NCBI GenBank assembly: GCA_045805365.1
Contig: JBJMLJ010000270.1
Location: 1-28,917 of the forward strand
Reading direction: 5' to 3'
DNA from: Thermoleophilaceae bacterium
GTDB lineage: Bacteria; Actinomycetota; Thermoleophilia; Solirubrobacterales; Thermoleophilaceae
Length of the DNA: 28,917 nucleotides
Numbering within the stretch: the stretch's first letter is position 1; the number at the start of each line of letters is the position of its first letter. Made by a program: the position numbers and the translations under genes. Below the pieces are notes generated by a model. That model did no database searches and was not told the DNA's origin. It worked only from the letters and a program-made list of their open reading frames with translations. Below are positions 7,419-15,384 of the stretch, piece after piece.

Positions 7419-8779
7419 CAGGCGCTGACCTCCATCAGCTCGGGCGGGCGGGCGAGGATCATGGCCGACTGGAAGCCCCCGAACCCGCTGGCGGTCGACA
7501 GCGCGCAGTCGATCTGGCCCCGGCGCGCCTCGTTCGGCGTGTAGTCGAGGTCGCACTCGGGGTCGCGGTTCTCCCAGTTCGCGGTGGGCGGCACGATCCC
7601 GCGGTCGATGGCCAGCGCGCAGGTGGCCATCTCAATCGCCCCGATCGCACCGAGCGAGTGGCCGATCATCGACTTGATCGAGCTGATCGGGACGTTGTAG
7701 GCGTGGTCGCCTAGCGAGTTCTTGTAGGCGGCGGTCTCGTGCCGGTCGTTCTGCTTGGTGCCCGAGCCGTGGGCGTTGATGTAGTGGATGTCATCGGGCT
7801 GCGTGCCGCCCTGGCGCATGGCGTCCTCGATCGCGTCCGTCATCTCCGTCGCGTCCGGCTTCAGGCCGGTCATGTGGTAGGCGTTGCCGCGGCTGGCGAA
7901 GCCCGTGACCTCGCAGTAGATGTGCGCGCCGCGATCCAGGGCGCGGTCGAGGTCCTCCAGTATCAGCACCGCGCCGCCCTCGCCCATCACGAAGCCGTCG
8001 CGATCGCGGTCAAAGGGGCGCGAGGCGTGCCCCGGGTCGTCGTTGCGCCGGGAGGTCGCCTTGATCGGGTCGAAGCAGGCCATCGAGATCGGCGAGACCG
8101 GGGATTCCGCCGCGCCGGAGATGACGATGTCGGCCTCGCCGTCCTGAATCAGCTGGTGGCCGTACCCGATGGCGTCGATGCCCGACGTGCAGCCGGTCGA
8201 GATCACCGTGGCGGGTCCGTGAGCGCCGAACTTGACCGCCACCTCGCTGGCCAGGCTGCTCGGGATCAGGCCGGCGTAGAGGAAGGGCACGGCGTAGTCG
8301 GGATCCACGAGCCAATCGCGGCCGCGGTCGCTGGTGGCGATGTAGCCGTCCTCCAGGACCATTGTGCCGCCCACCGCCGAGCCGAGCGTGACGCCCATCC
8401 GGTCGCGGTCGATGTCCTCGAGCACGAGGGTGAGCGACTGCTCGCGGGCAACGGGGATCATCCGCGACGCCGTCCGATCCTCCTCCTCGATCAGGAGGGC
8501 GGCGTCGTTCATCGCCTCCATAGCGGCCACGGCGGCGAACTGGATGTACCGGTCCATCCGCCGTGTCTCCTGCTCGGTGAGGCCCGAGGCGATCGGGTCG
8601 AAGTCGGCCTCGGCGGCGATCTGAGAGCGGAAGCCGGCGGGGTCGAAGAAGGTGATCTGCCGGGTCGATGTCTTCCCGGCGGTGATCGTGTCCCAGAACT
8701 CGTCGCGGGTCACTCCACCCGGGGCGACCACGCCGACGCCGGTGACGGCCGTCCGCCTAAGACCTGCGTCGTTCCCCAC
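7418..8779 (-). CDS. Type II PKS ketosynthase alpha
   Basis: STGCTSGIDAIG (catalytic Cys), YINAHGSGTKQND, KSMIGHSLGAIG and FGGFQSA motifs; GTG start. Confidence 0.97.
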   Translation of the reverse strand: MGNDAGLRRTAVTGVGVVAPGGVTRDEFWDTITAGKTSTRQITFFDPAGFRSQIAAEADFDPIASGLTEQETRRMDRYIQFAAVAAMEAMNDAALLIEEEDRTASRMIPVAREQSLTLVLEDIDRDRMGVTLGSAVGGTMVLEDGYIATSDRGRDWLVDPDYAVPFLYAGLIPSSLASEVAVKFGAHGPATVISTGCTSGIDAIGYGHQLIQDGEADIVISGAAESPVSPISMACFDPIKATSRRNDDPGHASRPFDRDRDGFVMGEGGAVLILEDLDRALDRGAHIYCEVTGFASRGNAYHMTGLKPDATEMTDAIEDAMRQGGTQPDDIHYINAHGSGTKQNDRHETAAYKNSLGDHAYNVPISSIKSMIGHSLGAIGAIEMATCALAIDRGIVPPTANWENRDPECDLDYTPNEARRGQIDCALSTASGFGGFQSAMILARPPELMEVSA

Positions 8780-8782
8780 GCG

Positions 8783-9187
8783 CTATTCGGTGTCCACGTG
8801 CCCCAGCGGGGGCTCCGGGGCGAGCGGACTGAGATGGAAGACGATGAAGGCCTCCTCATCGCCCTCGTTGCGGAGGCGGTGTCTCATGTTCATCGGGACC
8901 ATCATGCCGCTGCTCTCCTTGACCTCGTGCGGCTCGTCGTCGAGGTCGGCGGTGATCGTGCCCCGGACGCAGTAGATGAACTCCTCCGAGTAGGGGTGGT
9001 AGTGCTCGGAGATCCGGTCGCCCGGCGCGATCGTCGCCACCCCCATGAAGCCGGAGGTCGAGCCGACCGTCTTGGGGCTCAGCAGGGTCTGGACCACCCC
9101 GCCACGGCGGGTGTCCTCGGCCGCCTCCTCCCTGGAGAAAAAGCCGGCGTCGCGTTCTGCCTTGGGGTGCTCGGTCTGCTCTGGCAT
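8783..9187 (-). CDS. Cupin-fold polyketide cyclase, TcmJ / WhiE-ORFII / CurC family
   Basis: RRGG...[17 protein letters not shown]...[15 protein letters not shown] is the family signature; first gene of the PKS operon. Confidence 0.93.
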   Translation of the reverse strand: MPEQTEHPKAERDAGFFSREEAAEDTRRGGVVQTLLSPKTVGSTSGFMGVATIAPGDRISEHYHPYSEEFIYCVRGTITADLDDEPHEVKESSGMMVPMNMRHRLRNEGDEEAFIVFHLSPLAPEPPLGHVDTE

Positions 9188-9271
9188 GGGGCGCGCTCCT
9201 CGTCGCTGCGCGGACGTTCCGAACCTACATGCGGCACGCGGCGGCTGTCAACGAGGGGTTAGGGTTGGCCC

Positions 9272-9568
9272 GTGCCCGCCCGCTTCGTCCTCGAGTTCCA
9301 GGCCCAGCCCGGCAAGGAGGAGGACGTGCTGCGCGCCTACTCCGCGCTGCGCGAGCGGCTGGCCCAGGGCGTGCCCGGACTTCTGGGACACCAGCTCTGC
9401 CAGAACGTCGACGATCCCGACCGCTGGATCATCACCAGCGAGTGGGAGGACCTGGAGAGCTCGGCGGGCTGGGACCGCTCGGAGGAGCACAACAAGCTGG
9501 TCGGCCCCCTGCGGGAATGCTTCGCGAGCGCCGGCTCGACGAAGTTCACCGTGCGGAACGGGATCTGA
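9272..9568 (+). CDS. Antibiotic biosynthesis monooxygenase (ABM) domain protein
   Basis: GLLGHQLCQNVDDPDRWIITSEWE...SEEH resembles the N-terminal ABM domain of WhiE-ORFI/SchA/CurD. Confidence 0.85.
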   Translation: MPARFVLEFQAQPGKEEDVLRAYSALRERLAQGVPGLLGHQLCQNVDDPDRWIITSEWEDLESSAGWDRSEEHNKLVGPLRECFASAGSTKFTVRNGI

Positions 9569-9569
9569 G

Positions 9570-10085
9570 CTACTCGCCGGCGTGAAGCAGCCGGTACTGC
9601 CCGGCGTGGAAGAGCAGAGGCTCGACCTCGGGGTCCGCTCCCAGGGCCACGACCTCGCCGATGAAGATCAGGTGGTCGCCGGCCTCGTGCTCGGCGTGCA
9701 GCAGGCAGTCCAGGAAGCCGGCCGCGCCGTCGAGGATCGGCGAGCCGGTGACCTCCTTGCGGTGAGGGACGCCCCGGAAGGCGTCGCGGCCCTTGGGCCG
9801 GTCCTTCGAGGCGAAGAAGCGCGAAACGGGCTCCTGCTCGGAGCCCAGGATGTTCACCGCGAAGCAACCGTTGCGGCGCAGGATGTCGGCGCCCGTCGCC
9901 GTGCTGCCGATGCAGATCAGGATCAGTGGCGGGTCGAGCGAGACGGAGGTGAACGCGTTGGCCGTCATCCCGTAGGCGTGGTCCTCGCCTCGGGTCGTAA
10001 TGACGTTGATGCCGGTCGCGAAGCCGCCCACGGCGTCGCGGAAGTCCCGGCCGGTGAAGGTCTGGGAGTCGCCTCTTTCAGCCAC
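9570..10085 (-). CDS. Flavin reductase, HpaC-like
   Basis: FRDAVGGFATGINVITT, GMTANAFTSVSLDPPL and AGDHLIFIGEV motifs. Confidence 0.93.
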   Translation of the reverse strand: MAERGDSQTFTGRDFRDAVGGFATGINVITTRGEDHAYGMTANAFTSVSLDPPLILICIGSTATGADILRRNGCFAVNILGSEQEPVSRFFASKDRPKGRDAFRGVPHRKEVTGSPILDGAAGFLDCLLHAEHEAGDHLIFIGEVVALGADPEVEPLLFHAGQYRLLHAGE

Positions 10086-10091
10086 GTGTGG

Positions 10092-10952
10092 CTATTCGGT
10101 CTGGCCGAGCCGCTCGAGCCGGGCGCGCACCACCTGGTCGAAGTCCCCGGTGGTGCCGAGCGAGCCGGCCACGACGTCGCGGAAGGTGTCTCGCTCCATG
10201 GCGAGCAGCTTGGTGGGCTCAGCCGCCCTGAGCGTCGAGTTACGAGGCGTATCGCGCATGATCGAGATCTCGCCGTGGAGCTCGCCCGGCCCGAGTGAGC
10301 CGACCTGCTCGTCGTCCCGCAGGACGTCGACCTTGCCCTCGACCACGATGAAGAACTTGTCGGCGGGGGCTCCCTCGCGGACGATCACCTCGCCCGCGTC
10401 GGCCTCCATGCTCTGGAGCTCGCCGCTGATCGTCTCCTCGACGTCCTCCGGCAGCTCGTCGTAGACGTTGAGGACGGTCTCACGGTCGTAGTCGACCCCG
10501 AACTCCTCGCTCGACTTCTCGCCGCTGCCCCTGGAGTTGTCGATGAACTCGAGCTGGGTGGGGACGATCTTCATGAAGTAGATGCCCACGGTGGAGCGGC
10601 CGGCCGCAAGGGTCGGGAACTTGCCGCCGAACAGGAAGGCGGCGCGCGCGATCTCCTCGCCGTCGAGGACGACCCCGCATTCCCCGTTGGCCTGGATCCC
10701 CTTCGTCTGGCGCCAGTCCTCGGAGTACTCGTCGATCGCCAGCGAGACGAACGGGTTCTGCTGGACGTGCTTGGCGGTGATCGTCTCCGGCCGCACCCAG
10801 AGGTACATCGTGGGGCCGCGGTTGACGTAGAGGAAGGTCGCGGCACGCGGAACGCCGCCCGCGGAGGCGGTCGCGAGCGTCAGGGTCTGCTGCTGCTCCA
10901 GGTAGTCGAGCACGTGCTGTGGCAGCTCCAGGGCTGCCTTGTCTTCAGCCAT
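10092..10952 (-). CDS. PNPOx-like split-barrel domain fused to a cNMP-binding domain
   Basis: N-terminal TLTLATASAGGVPRAA...KHVQQNPFVSLAID; C-terminal GEVIVREGAPADKFFIVVEG...GELHGE...PRNSTLRA. Start moved to the ATG at 10952, which follows a GGAGAGGAGG RBS. Confidence 0.85.
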   Translation of the reverse strand: MAEDKAALELPQHVLDYLEQQQTLTLATASAGGVPRAATFLYVNRGPTMYLWVRPETITAKHVQQNPFVSLAIDEYSEDWRQTKGIQANGECGVVLDGEEIARAAFLFGGKFPTLAAGRSTVGIYFMKIVPTQLEFIDNSRGSGEKSSEEFGVDYDRETVLNVYDELPEDVEETISGELQSMEADAGEVIVREGAPADKFFIVVEGKVDVLRDDEQVGSLGPGELHGEISIMRDTPRNSTLRAAEPTKLLAMERDTFRDVVAGSLGTTGDFDQVVRARLERLGQTE

Positions 10953-11061
10953 TCGCGTGCCTCCTCTCCTTCTCGATCGAAGGCGCACGCTATCGCAGGT
11001 TGCGGCCCCCGGCAGGACGCGAATAGTCTCGCCCGACTGTCGACCTGGGATGGAGTGAACC

Positions 11062-11799
11062 TTGGATTTGGGACTGAGCGGCAAGAGGGCGGTTGTGACC
11101 GGCGGCTCGCGGGGGATCGGCCGCGCGATCGTGCTCGGGCTGGCGGAGGGCGGGGCGTCGGTTGCCGCCTGCTTCAACCGCGAGTCCGACGACGTCAAGC
11201 AGCTGCGCGGCGAGCTCGAGCAGATCGAGGGCGAGAGCTACCTGACCCAGGCGGATGTGTCCGACCCGGATTCGGCGACGGGGTTCGTCGGCGAGGCAGC
11301 GGGCAAGTTCGGCGGACTCGACATCCTCGTCAACAACGCCGGGGTCGTCAGCCATCAGATGATCCAGGACCTCTCGCTCGAGGAGTGGCACCGCGTCATC
11401 GACGTCAACCTCACCGCGATCTTCCTGATCTCGAAGGCCGCGCTGCCTCACATGGGCGAGGGCGGCTCGATCGTGAACATCACCTCAGCGGTAGCGATGC
11501 GCGGCATGCCGGCCCGGACGCACTACATCTCGTCCAAGGCCGGGCTGATCGGGTTCACGCGCGCCCTGTGCAAGGAGGTCGGCAAGGACGGCATCCGCGT
11601 GAACGCGCTGGCCCCCGGGATCATCGAGACCGACCAGACGGCCGGCCTGGACGAGGCCGGCCGCGCCCGCTACTCGGGCCTGGCCGCCCTGAACCGGCTC
11701 GGGCAGTCGGAGGAGATCGCCACCGTGGCGTTGTTCCTGGCCAGCGACCTGGCGAGCTTCGTCTCGGGCGTGACCCTGAACGTGGACGGCGGGATCTAG
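11062..11799 (+). CDS. SDR ketoreductase, resembling BenL/PdmG/FdmO-type polyketide KRs
   Basis: TGGSRGIG, NNAG, YxxxK (HYISSK) and VDGG motifs. MDLGLSGKRAVV start, VSH and RTHY resemble pentangular-polyketide KRs from memory. Confidence 0.88.
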   Translation: MDLGLSGKRAVVTGGSRGIGRAIVLGLAEGGASVAACFNRESDDVKQLRGELEQIEGESYLTQADVSDPDSATGFVGEAAGKFGGLDILVNNAGVVSHQMIQDLSLEEWHRVIDVNLTAIFLISKAALPHMGEGGSIVNITSAVAMRGMPARTHYISSKAGLIGFTRALCKEVGKDGIRVNALAPGIIETDQTAGLDEAGRARYSGLAALNRLGQSEEIATVALFLASDLASFVSGVTLNVDGGI

Positions 11800-11804
11800 G
11801 CGGC

Positions 11805-12158
11805 TTACGCCTCCGCCACCCTCTTCCCGGTCTCGTCGATCGAGTAGGTCTCCGTGAACACCGGGCCGGTGAACATGTGCATCGTGTAGTTCTCGGGCTC
11901 GTGGGCGTTCTCGAAGAACTCGCCGAAGCGCTCTACGGCCTTCTTGTGGTATTCGGCCTCCGTGCTCGCGAGCAGGTCCTCCTCGCCCTCCCAGAGGGTG
12001 ATCGAGAGGGCCTTGCCGGAGTCGAAGTCGACCATCGAGACGGCGCCCATGAAGCCCTCGCGGGACTTCGTGATCGGGAGGATGTTCTCGTACCAGAGGT
12101 TGAGGCCCTCCTGGACCTTTCCCTCTGGGGCCTGAACGTGGGTAACACGGCAGAACAT
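11805..12158 (-). CDS. ABM-like dimeric alpha+beta barrel protein
   Basis: 117 aa; GFMGAVSMVD...ALSITLWE pattern; AAAGGAG RBS upstream. Confidence 0.7.
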   Translation of the reverse strand: MFCRVTHVQAPEGKVQEGLNLWYENILPITKSREGFMGAVSMVDFDSGKALSITLWEGEEDLLASTEAEYHKKAVERFGEFFENAHEPENYTMHMFTGPVFTETYSIDETGKRVAEA

Positions 12159-12283
12159 GTAAGGCGTCTCCTTTGTGGCGGGGTGCGTCGAGTCCCTGGT
12201 CGAGCGATCCTAAACCGCGATCGGGGCCCTGTGAAGCTCTCTTGCGGCAGCCCGGCATACGGGTTAGGTTCGCGCCGGTCCCC

Positions 12284-12589
12284 ATGGTTCGCGCAAGTCT
12301 CTACATGAAGGTGAAGGAAGGCCGCGGCGCCGAGTTCGAGGAGGCCTGGAACCAGATCGCGCAGGAGGTCAGGAAGGCACCGGGCAACCTCCGCCAGGCC
12401 CTGACACGGGATCCGGACGACCACGACAGTTTCGTCGTGACGAGCGACTGGGAGGACCGTGAGACCTTCGGGAAGTTCGAGACGAGCCCGGAGCAGGACG
12501 ACCTCACCGCGCCGCTGCGCGACCTGCGCGAGTCCGCCCGTATGACCGTCCACGAGCTCGTGACCCACATCGAACGAGGAGATGATTGA
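12284..12589 (+). CDS. ABM domain protein
   Basis: MKVKEGRGAEFEEAW...PGNLRQAL...FVVTSDWEDRETF. Start moved from 12173 to the ATG at 12284. Confidence 0.85.
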   Translation: MVRASLYMKVKEGRGAEFEEAWNQIAQEVRKAPGNLRQALTRDPDDHDSFVVTSDWEDRETFGKFETSPEQDDLTAPLRDLRESARMTVHELVTHIERGDD

Positions 12590-12915
12590 TGCCCGCACGG
12601 GTGATGGTGTTCGCAAAGATCAACCGGGGCGACGAGGAGGCCTTCGAGGAGGCGTACGCCCAGGTCACGGCGAACGTCAAGGGCACCGAGGGCCACATCG
12701 CCGACGAGCTGCTCCGCCGCAACGAGCCGCCCGACGACGAGGACGAGCCTCGCAGCTACGTCCTCCTCAGCGAGTGGGAGAGCAAGGATGCCTTCCTCGC
12801 CTGGGAGAACGCCCCTGTCCACACCGAGAAGCGCAACCCGATGACGCCCTACTGGACCGGGAAGGTCGAGCGCATCATCTGGGACGTGGCGCACACCATC
12901 AAGCAGGGGGCCTGA
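12586..12915 (+). CDS. ABM domain protein
   Basis: EEAFEEAY...GHIADELLR...YVLLSEWESKDAFLAWE...H; overlaps the upstream gene. Confidence 0.85.
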   Translation: MMPARVMVFAKINRGDEEAFEEAYAQVTANVKGTEGHIADELLRRNEPPDDEDEPRSYVLLSEWESKDAFLAWENAPVHTEKRNPMTPYWTGKVERIIWDVAHTIKQGA

Positions 12916-12916
12916 G

Positions 12917-13225
12917 ATGGCGCTCTACGCCCGCATCAACGAGACCAAGTGGAACCCGGAGCGGGTCGACGAGGGGATCAAGCTCACCGAGGACACGATC
13001 ATCCCGGCCTACCAGGAGCATCCCGGCTTCAAGGGCTACATCCTGCTCACGGACCCGGGGGGCGACGGCGCGATCGCGATCACGATGTGGGACAGCGAGG
13101 AGAACAGGGAGTCGAGTGCCGGGATCGCGAGGGCGATGATCGGCGAGCTCAAGGGCATCCTCCGCGCCCCGCCCGACACGAGGAACTTCGAGGTCATGTT
13201 CAACGTCCAGCCGGAAGGAGACTGA
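12917..13225 (+). CDS. ABM-like barrel protein
   Basis: IIPAYQEHPGFKGYILLTD...AITMWDSEE; same pattern as 11805-12158; 1-nt spacing to both neighbours. Confidence 0.75.
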   Translation: MALYARINETKWNPERVDEGIKLTEDTIIPAYQEHPGFKGYILLTDPGGDGAIAITMWDSEENRESSAGIARAMIGELKGILRAPPDTRNFEVMFNVQPEGD

Positions 13226-13226
13226 G

Positions 13227-13598
13227 ATGTCCCAGTGGGTGGCGCTCATGTGGGGCATCAAGCCCGAGAGCCGCGACGCGGTCCGCGAGCTGTTCCACAA
13301 CTACGGCCGGCCGGATCACACGATCAAGGACGAGGACGGCAACGAGGTCGGCACCCTGCTCCAGACCCTCGTCTTCATGAAGGACAACGACGTCATCCGG
13401 GTCGTCGAGACGACCGACGGCGTCGACCTGCCGACGCTCGCCAAGCACATGGGCCGGCAGCAGGCGATCCGCGACCTCGAGGACCAGCTCGACCCGCACA
13501 TCGCGGAGACGCGCGACATGTCGACGCCGGACGGCGCCCGCGAGTTCTTCGTCAAGAGCCTCATGGAGCTGCTCGTGACAAGGCGGCACGACGAGTGA
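13227..13598 (+). CDS. Standalone SchA/CurD-like domain protein
   Basis: VFMKDNDVIRVVE...KHMGRQQAIRDLEDQLDPHIAETRDMSTPDGAREFF matches the recalled SchA/CurD repeat of WhiE-ORFI. Confidence 0.82.
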   Translation: MSQWVALMWGIKPESRDAVRELFHNYGRPDHTIKDEDGNEVGTLLQTLVFMKDNDVIRVVETTDGVDLPTLAKHMGRQQAIRDLEDQLDPHIAETRDMSTPDGAREFFVKSLMELLVTRRHDE

Positions 13599-14470
13599 GC
13601 GCCGGGGGACCGCCCGGCGGCGGACCTCCCGGAGGCGGCCCCCCCGGCGGCGGGCCGCCGACGCCGACGATCGAGATCGACGAGCAGAGGGTCACCGATT
13701 TCGACTCGCTGTTCCGGCTCGACGGCAGGAGAGCGATCCTCGTCGGTGGCTATGGCGGCATCGGCGAGATCACGAGCCGCCTCCTGGCGGACCACGGCGC
13801 CGAGGTGGCGATCGCGGGTCGCAACGAGGACAAGGCCAGGGCACTGGCCGAGGAGATCTCGGGCGATGGCGGCAGGGCGATCGGGTTGCGCGTCGACATC
13901 GCCGATCGCGATAGCGCGCAGGCGCTGGTCAAGAGCACCGTGGACGAGCTGGGCGGGGTCGACGTGCTCGTCAACTTCGCCGGCATCGACAACGAGGCGC
14001 CGGCCGAGGACTTCGACGAGGACGAGTTCCGCCAGGTGATCGAGATCAACCTGAACGGCGCCTTCTGGCTCTCCCAGGCGGCCGGCCAGGTGATGATCGA
14101 CCAGGGCCGCGGCGGCCGGATCATCCACTACTCGACGACCCGCGCGATGGCGGGCGGGCGCAAGGGCTTCGCCGCCTACGCTTCGAGCAAGGCGGGCCTC
14201 AACGGGCTGATCCGCCAGCTCGCCACCGAGTGGGGCAAGTACCGGATCGCGGTGACCGGCGTGGCCCCGGGCTTCGTCCCCACCGAGCTGGTGGCCGGGG
14301 CGATGCAGCAGGAGTGGTTCGTGAACATGATGCTCAACCGGATCCCCTTCGGCCGCTTCGGCGAGCCGATCGAGCTGGCCGGGGCCACCCTGTTCCTGGC
14401 CTCGCCGGCGGCGAGCTTCATCACCGGCCAGGTCATCTATGTCGACGGAGGGGTGGTGGCGAGCTCGTAA
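13595..14470 (+). CDS. SDR oxidoreductase (gluconate-5-dehydrogenase-like) with N-terminal (GGGPP)4 extension
   Basis: GGYGGIG, NFAG, YASSK and VDGG motifs. True start is most plausibly the GTG at 13595 (GTGA overlap with the upstream stop). Confidence 0.88.
   Translation: MSAGGPPGGGPPGGGPPGGGPPTPTIEIDEQRVTDFDSLFRLDGRRAILVGGYGGIGEITSRLLADHGAEVAIAGRNEDKARALAEEISGDGGRAIGLRVDIADRDSAQALVKSTVDELGGVDVLVNFAGIDNEAPAEDFDEDEFRQVIEINLNGAFWLSQAAGQVMIDQGRGGRIIHYSTTRAMAGGRKGFAAYASSKAGLNGLIRQLATEWGKYRIAVTGVAPGFVPTELVAGAMQQEWFVNMMLNRIPFGRFGEPIELAGATLFLASPAASFITGQVIYVDGGVVASS
13604..13660 (+). repeat. Coding repeat GGPP-GGGPP-GGGPP-GGGPP
   Basis: Pro-pair codons differ between units (ccg ccc / cct ccc / ccc ccc / ccg ccg). 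Confidence 0.9.
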
Positions 14471-15384
14471 TGGCCGACAAGGACCAGCGGATCGCATATA
14501 TCGGCCTCGGAGTGATGGGGGCCGGAATGGCCGCCCGCCTGGCGGAATCCGGCTATGACGTGAGCGTCTACAACCGAACCCGGTCGAAGGCGGAGGAGGT
14601 AGCGGACGACGTCGAGGTCACGGTGGCCGACTCTCCCGCGGACGCGGCCCGCGAGGCCGACGTGGTGATGATGAGCCTCGCCGACCAGAACGTGGTCGAG
14701 AAGATCGTCTTCGGCGACGACGGCGTCGCGAGCTCGCTCGCGAGCGGGGCCTATCTCGTCGACATGAGCACGGTACCACCGGCGTATGCGCGCGACCTGG
14801 CCGAGCGCAGCTCGGCCGCCGGGCACAAGGCGCTCGACGCCTGCGTGCTGGGAGCGCCCTTCCACGCCCGCTCCGGCGACCTGCGCGTGATGGTCGGCGC
14901 CCAGGAGGACGACTTCAAGGCGCTCGAGGGGATCTTCGAGACGATGGGCAAGGACGTCACCTATCTGGGCGGCAATGGTATGGGCGCGACCATGAAGCTC
15001 GTCCTCAACATGCTCATGGGCGTCCAGATGCCGGCGCTCGCGGAGGCCGTCGTGTTCGGCGAGCGCGCGGGCCTGCCGCGGGACAAGATCCTCGAGATGA
15101 TCGCCCAGAGCGGCTACAGCTCGCCGGTTATGGCTTTCCGCTGCATGCTGATGAAGGAGCGGAAGTTCGAGGACCCCTCGTTCAAGCTCGCGCTCATGCG
15201 CAAGGACATGATGCTCGTGCTGGACGTGTGCAAGGAGCTCGACGTGCCGCTGCCGGTCTCGGAGACGGCCTACTCGATGCTCACGGCGGCCAAGCAGCAG
15301 GGCCTCGGGGACCTCGACGTCGCCGCGATCCTCGCCTTCCAGGAGCGGATGGCGGGGCTGGAGGGCTATCCGTGGCCGGAGTAG
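14470..15384 (+). CDS. NAD(P)-dependent beta-hydroxyacid dehydrogenase (3-hydroxyisobutyrate DH family)
   Basis: YIGLGVMG, YNRT, VDMST, LDACVLG and catalytic-Lys motif MKLVLN. Start is the ATG at 14470 (TAATG coupling). Confidence 0.9.
   Translation: MADKDQRIAYIGLGVMGAGMAARLAESGYDVSVYNRTRSKAEEVADDVEVTVADSPADAAREADVVMMSLADQNVVEKIVFGDDGVASSLASGAYLVDMSTVPPAYARDLAERSSAAGHKALDACVLGAPFHARSGDLRVMVGAQEDDFKALEGIFETMGKDVTYLGGNGMGATMKLVLNMLMGVQMPALAEAVVFGERAGLPRDKILEMIAQSGYSSPVMAFRCMLMKERKFEDPSFKLALMRKDMMLVLDVCKELDVPLPVSETAYSMLTAAKQQGLGDLDVAAILAFQERMAGLEGYPWPE

Noticed and set aside
7739-9262. 507-aa plus-strand ORF
   Set aside because: Antisense shadow of KS-alpha and the cupin gene; no motifs; long stop-free frames are expected at this GC content.
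13235-13594. Extended N-termini in the ORF track (SDR 13235, patatin 5070, CLF 7556, PNPOx 11198, 14230, 15228, 12173)
   Set aside because: They overlap neighbouring real genes; internal starts with RBS or translational coupling fit the family lengths.
13604-13660. GC-rich repeats as CRISPR, MITE or slippage repeats
   Set aside because: No spacers or cas genes; units are in frame and synonymously diverged, so they are treated as peptide repeats.
14470-15384. Possible imine reductase
   Set aside because: It keeps the Lys of the KLxxN motif typical of beta-hydroxyacid dehydrogenases.
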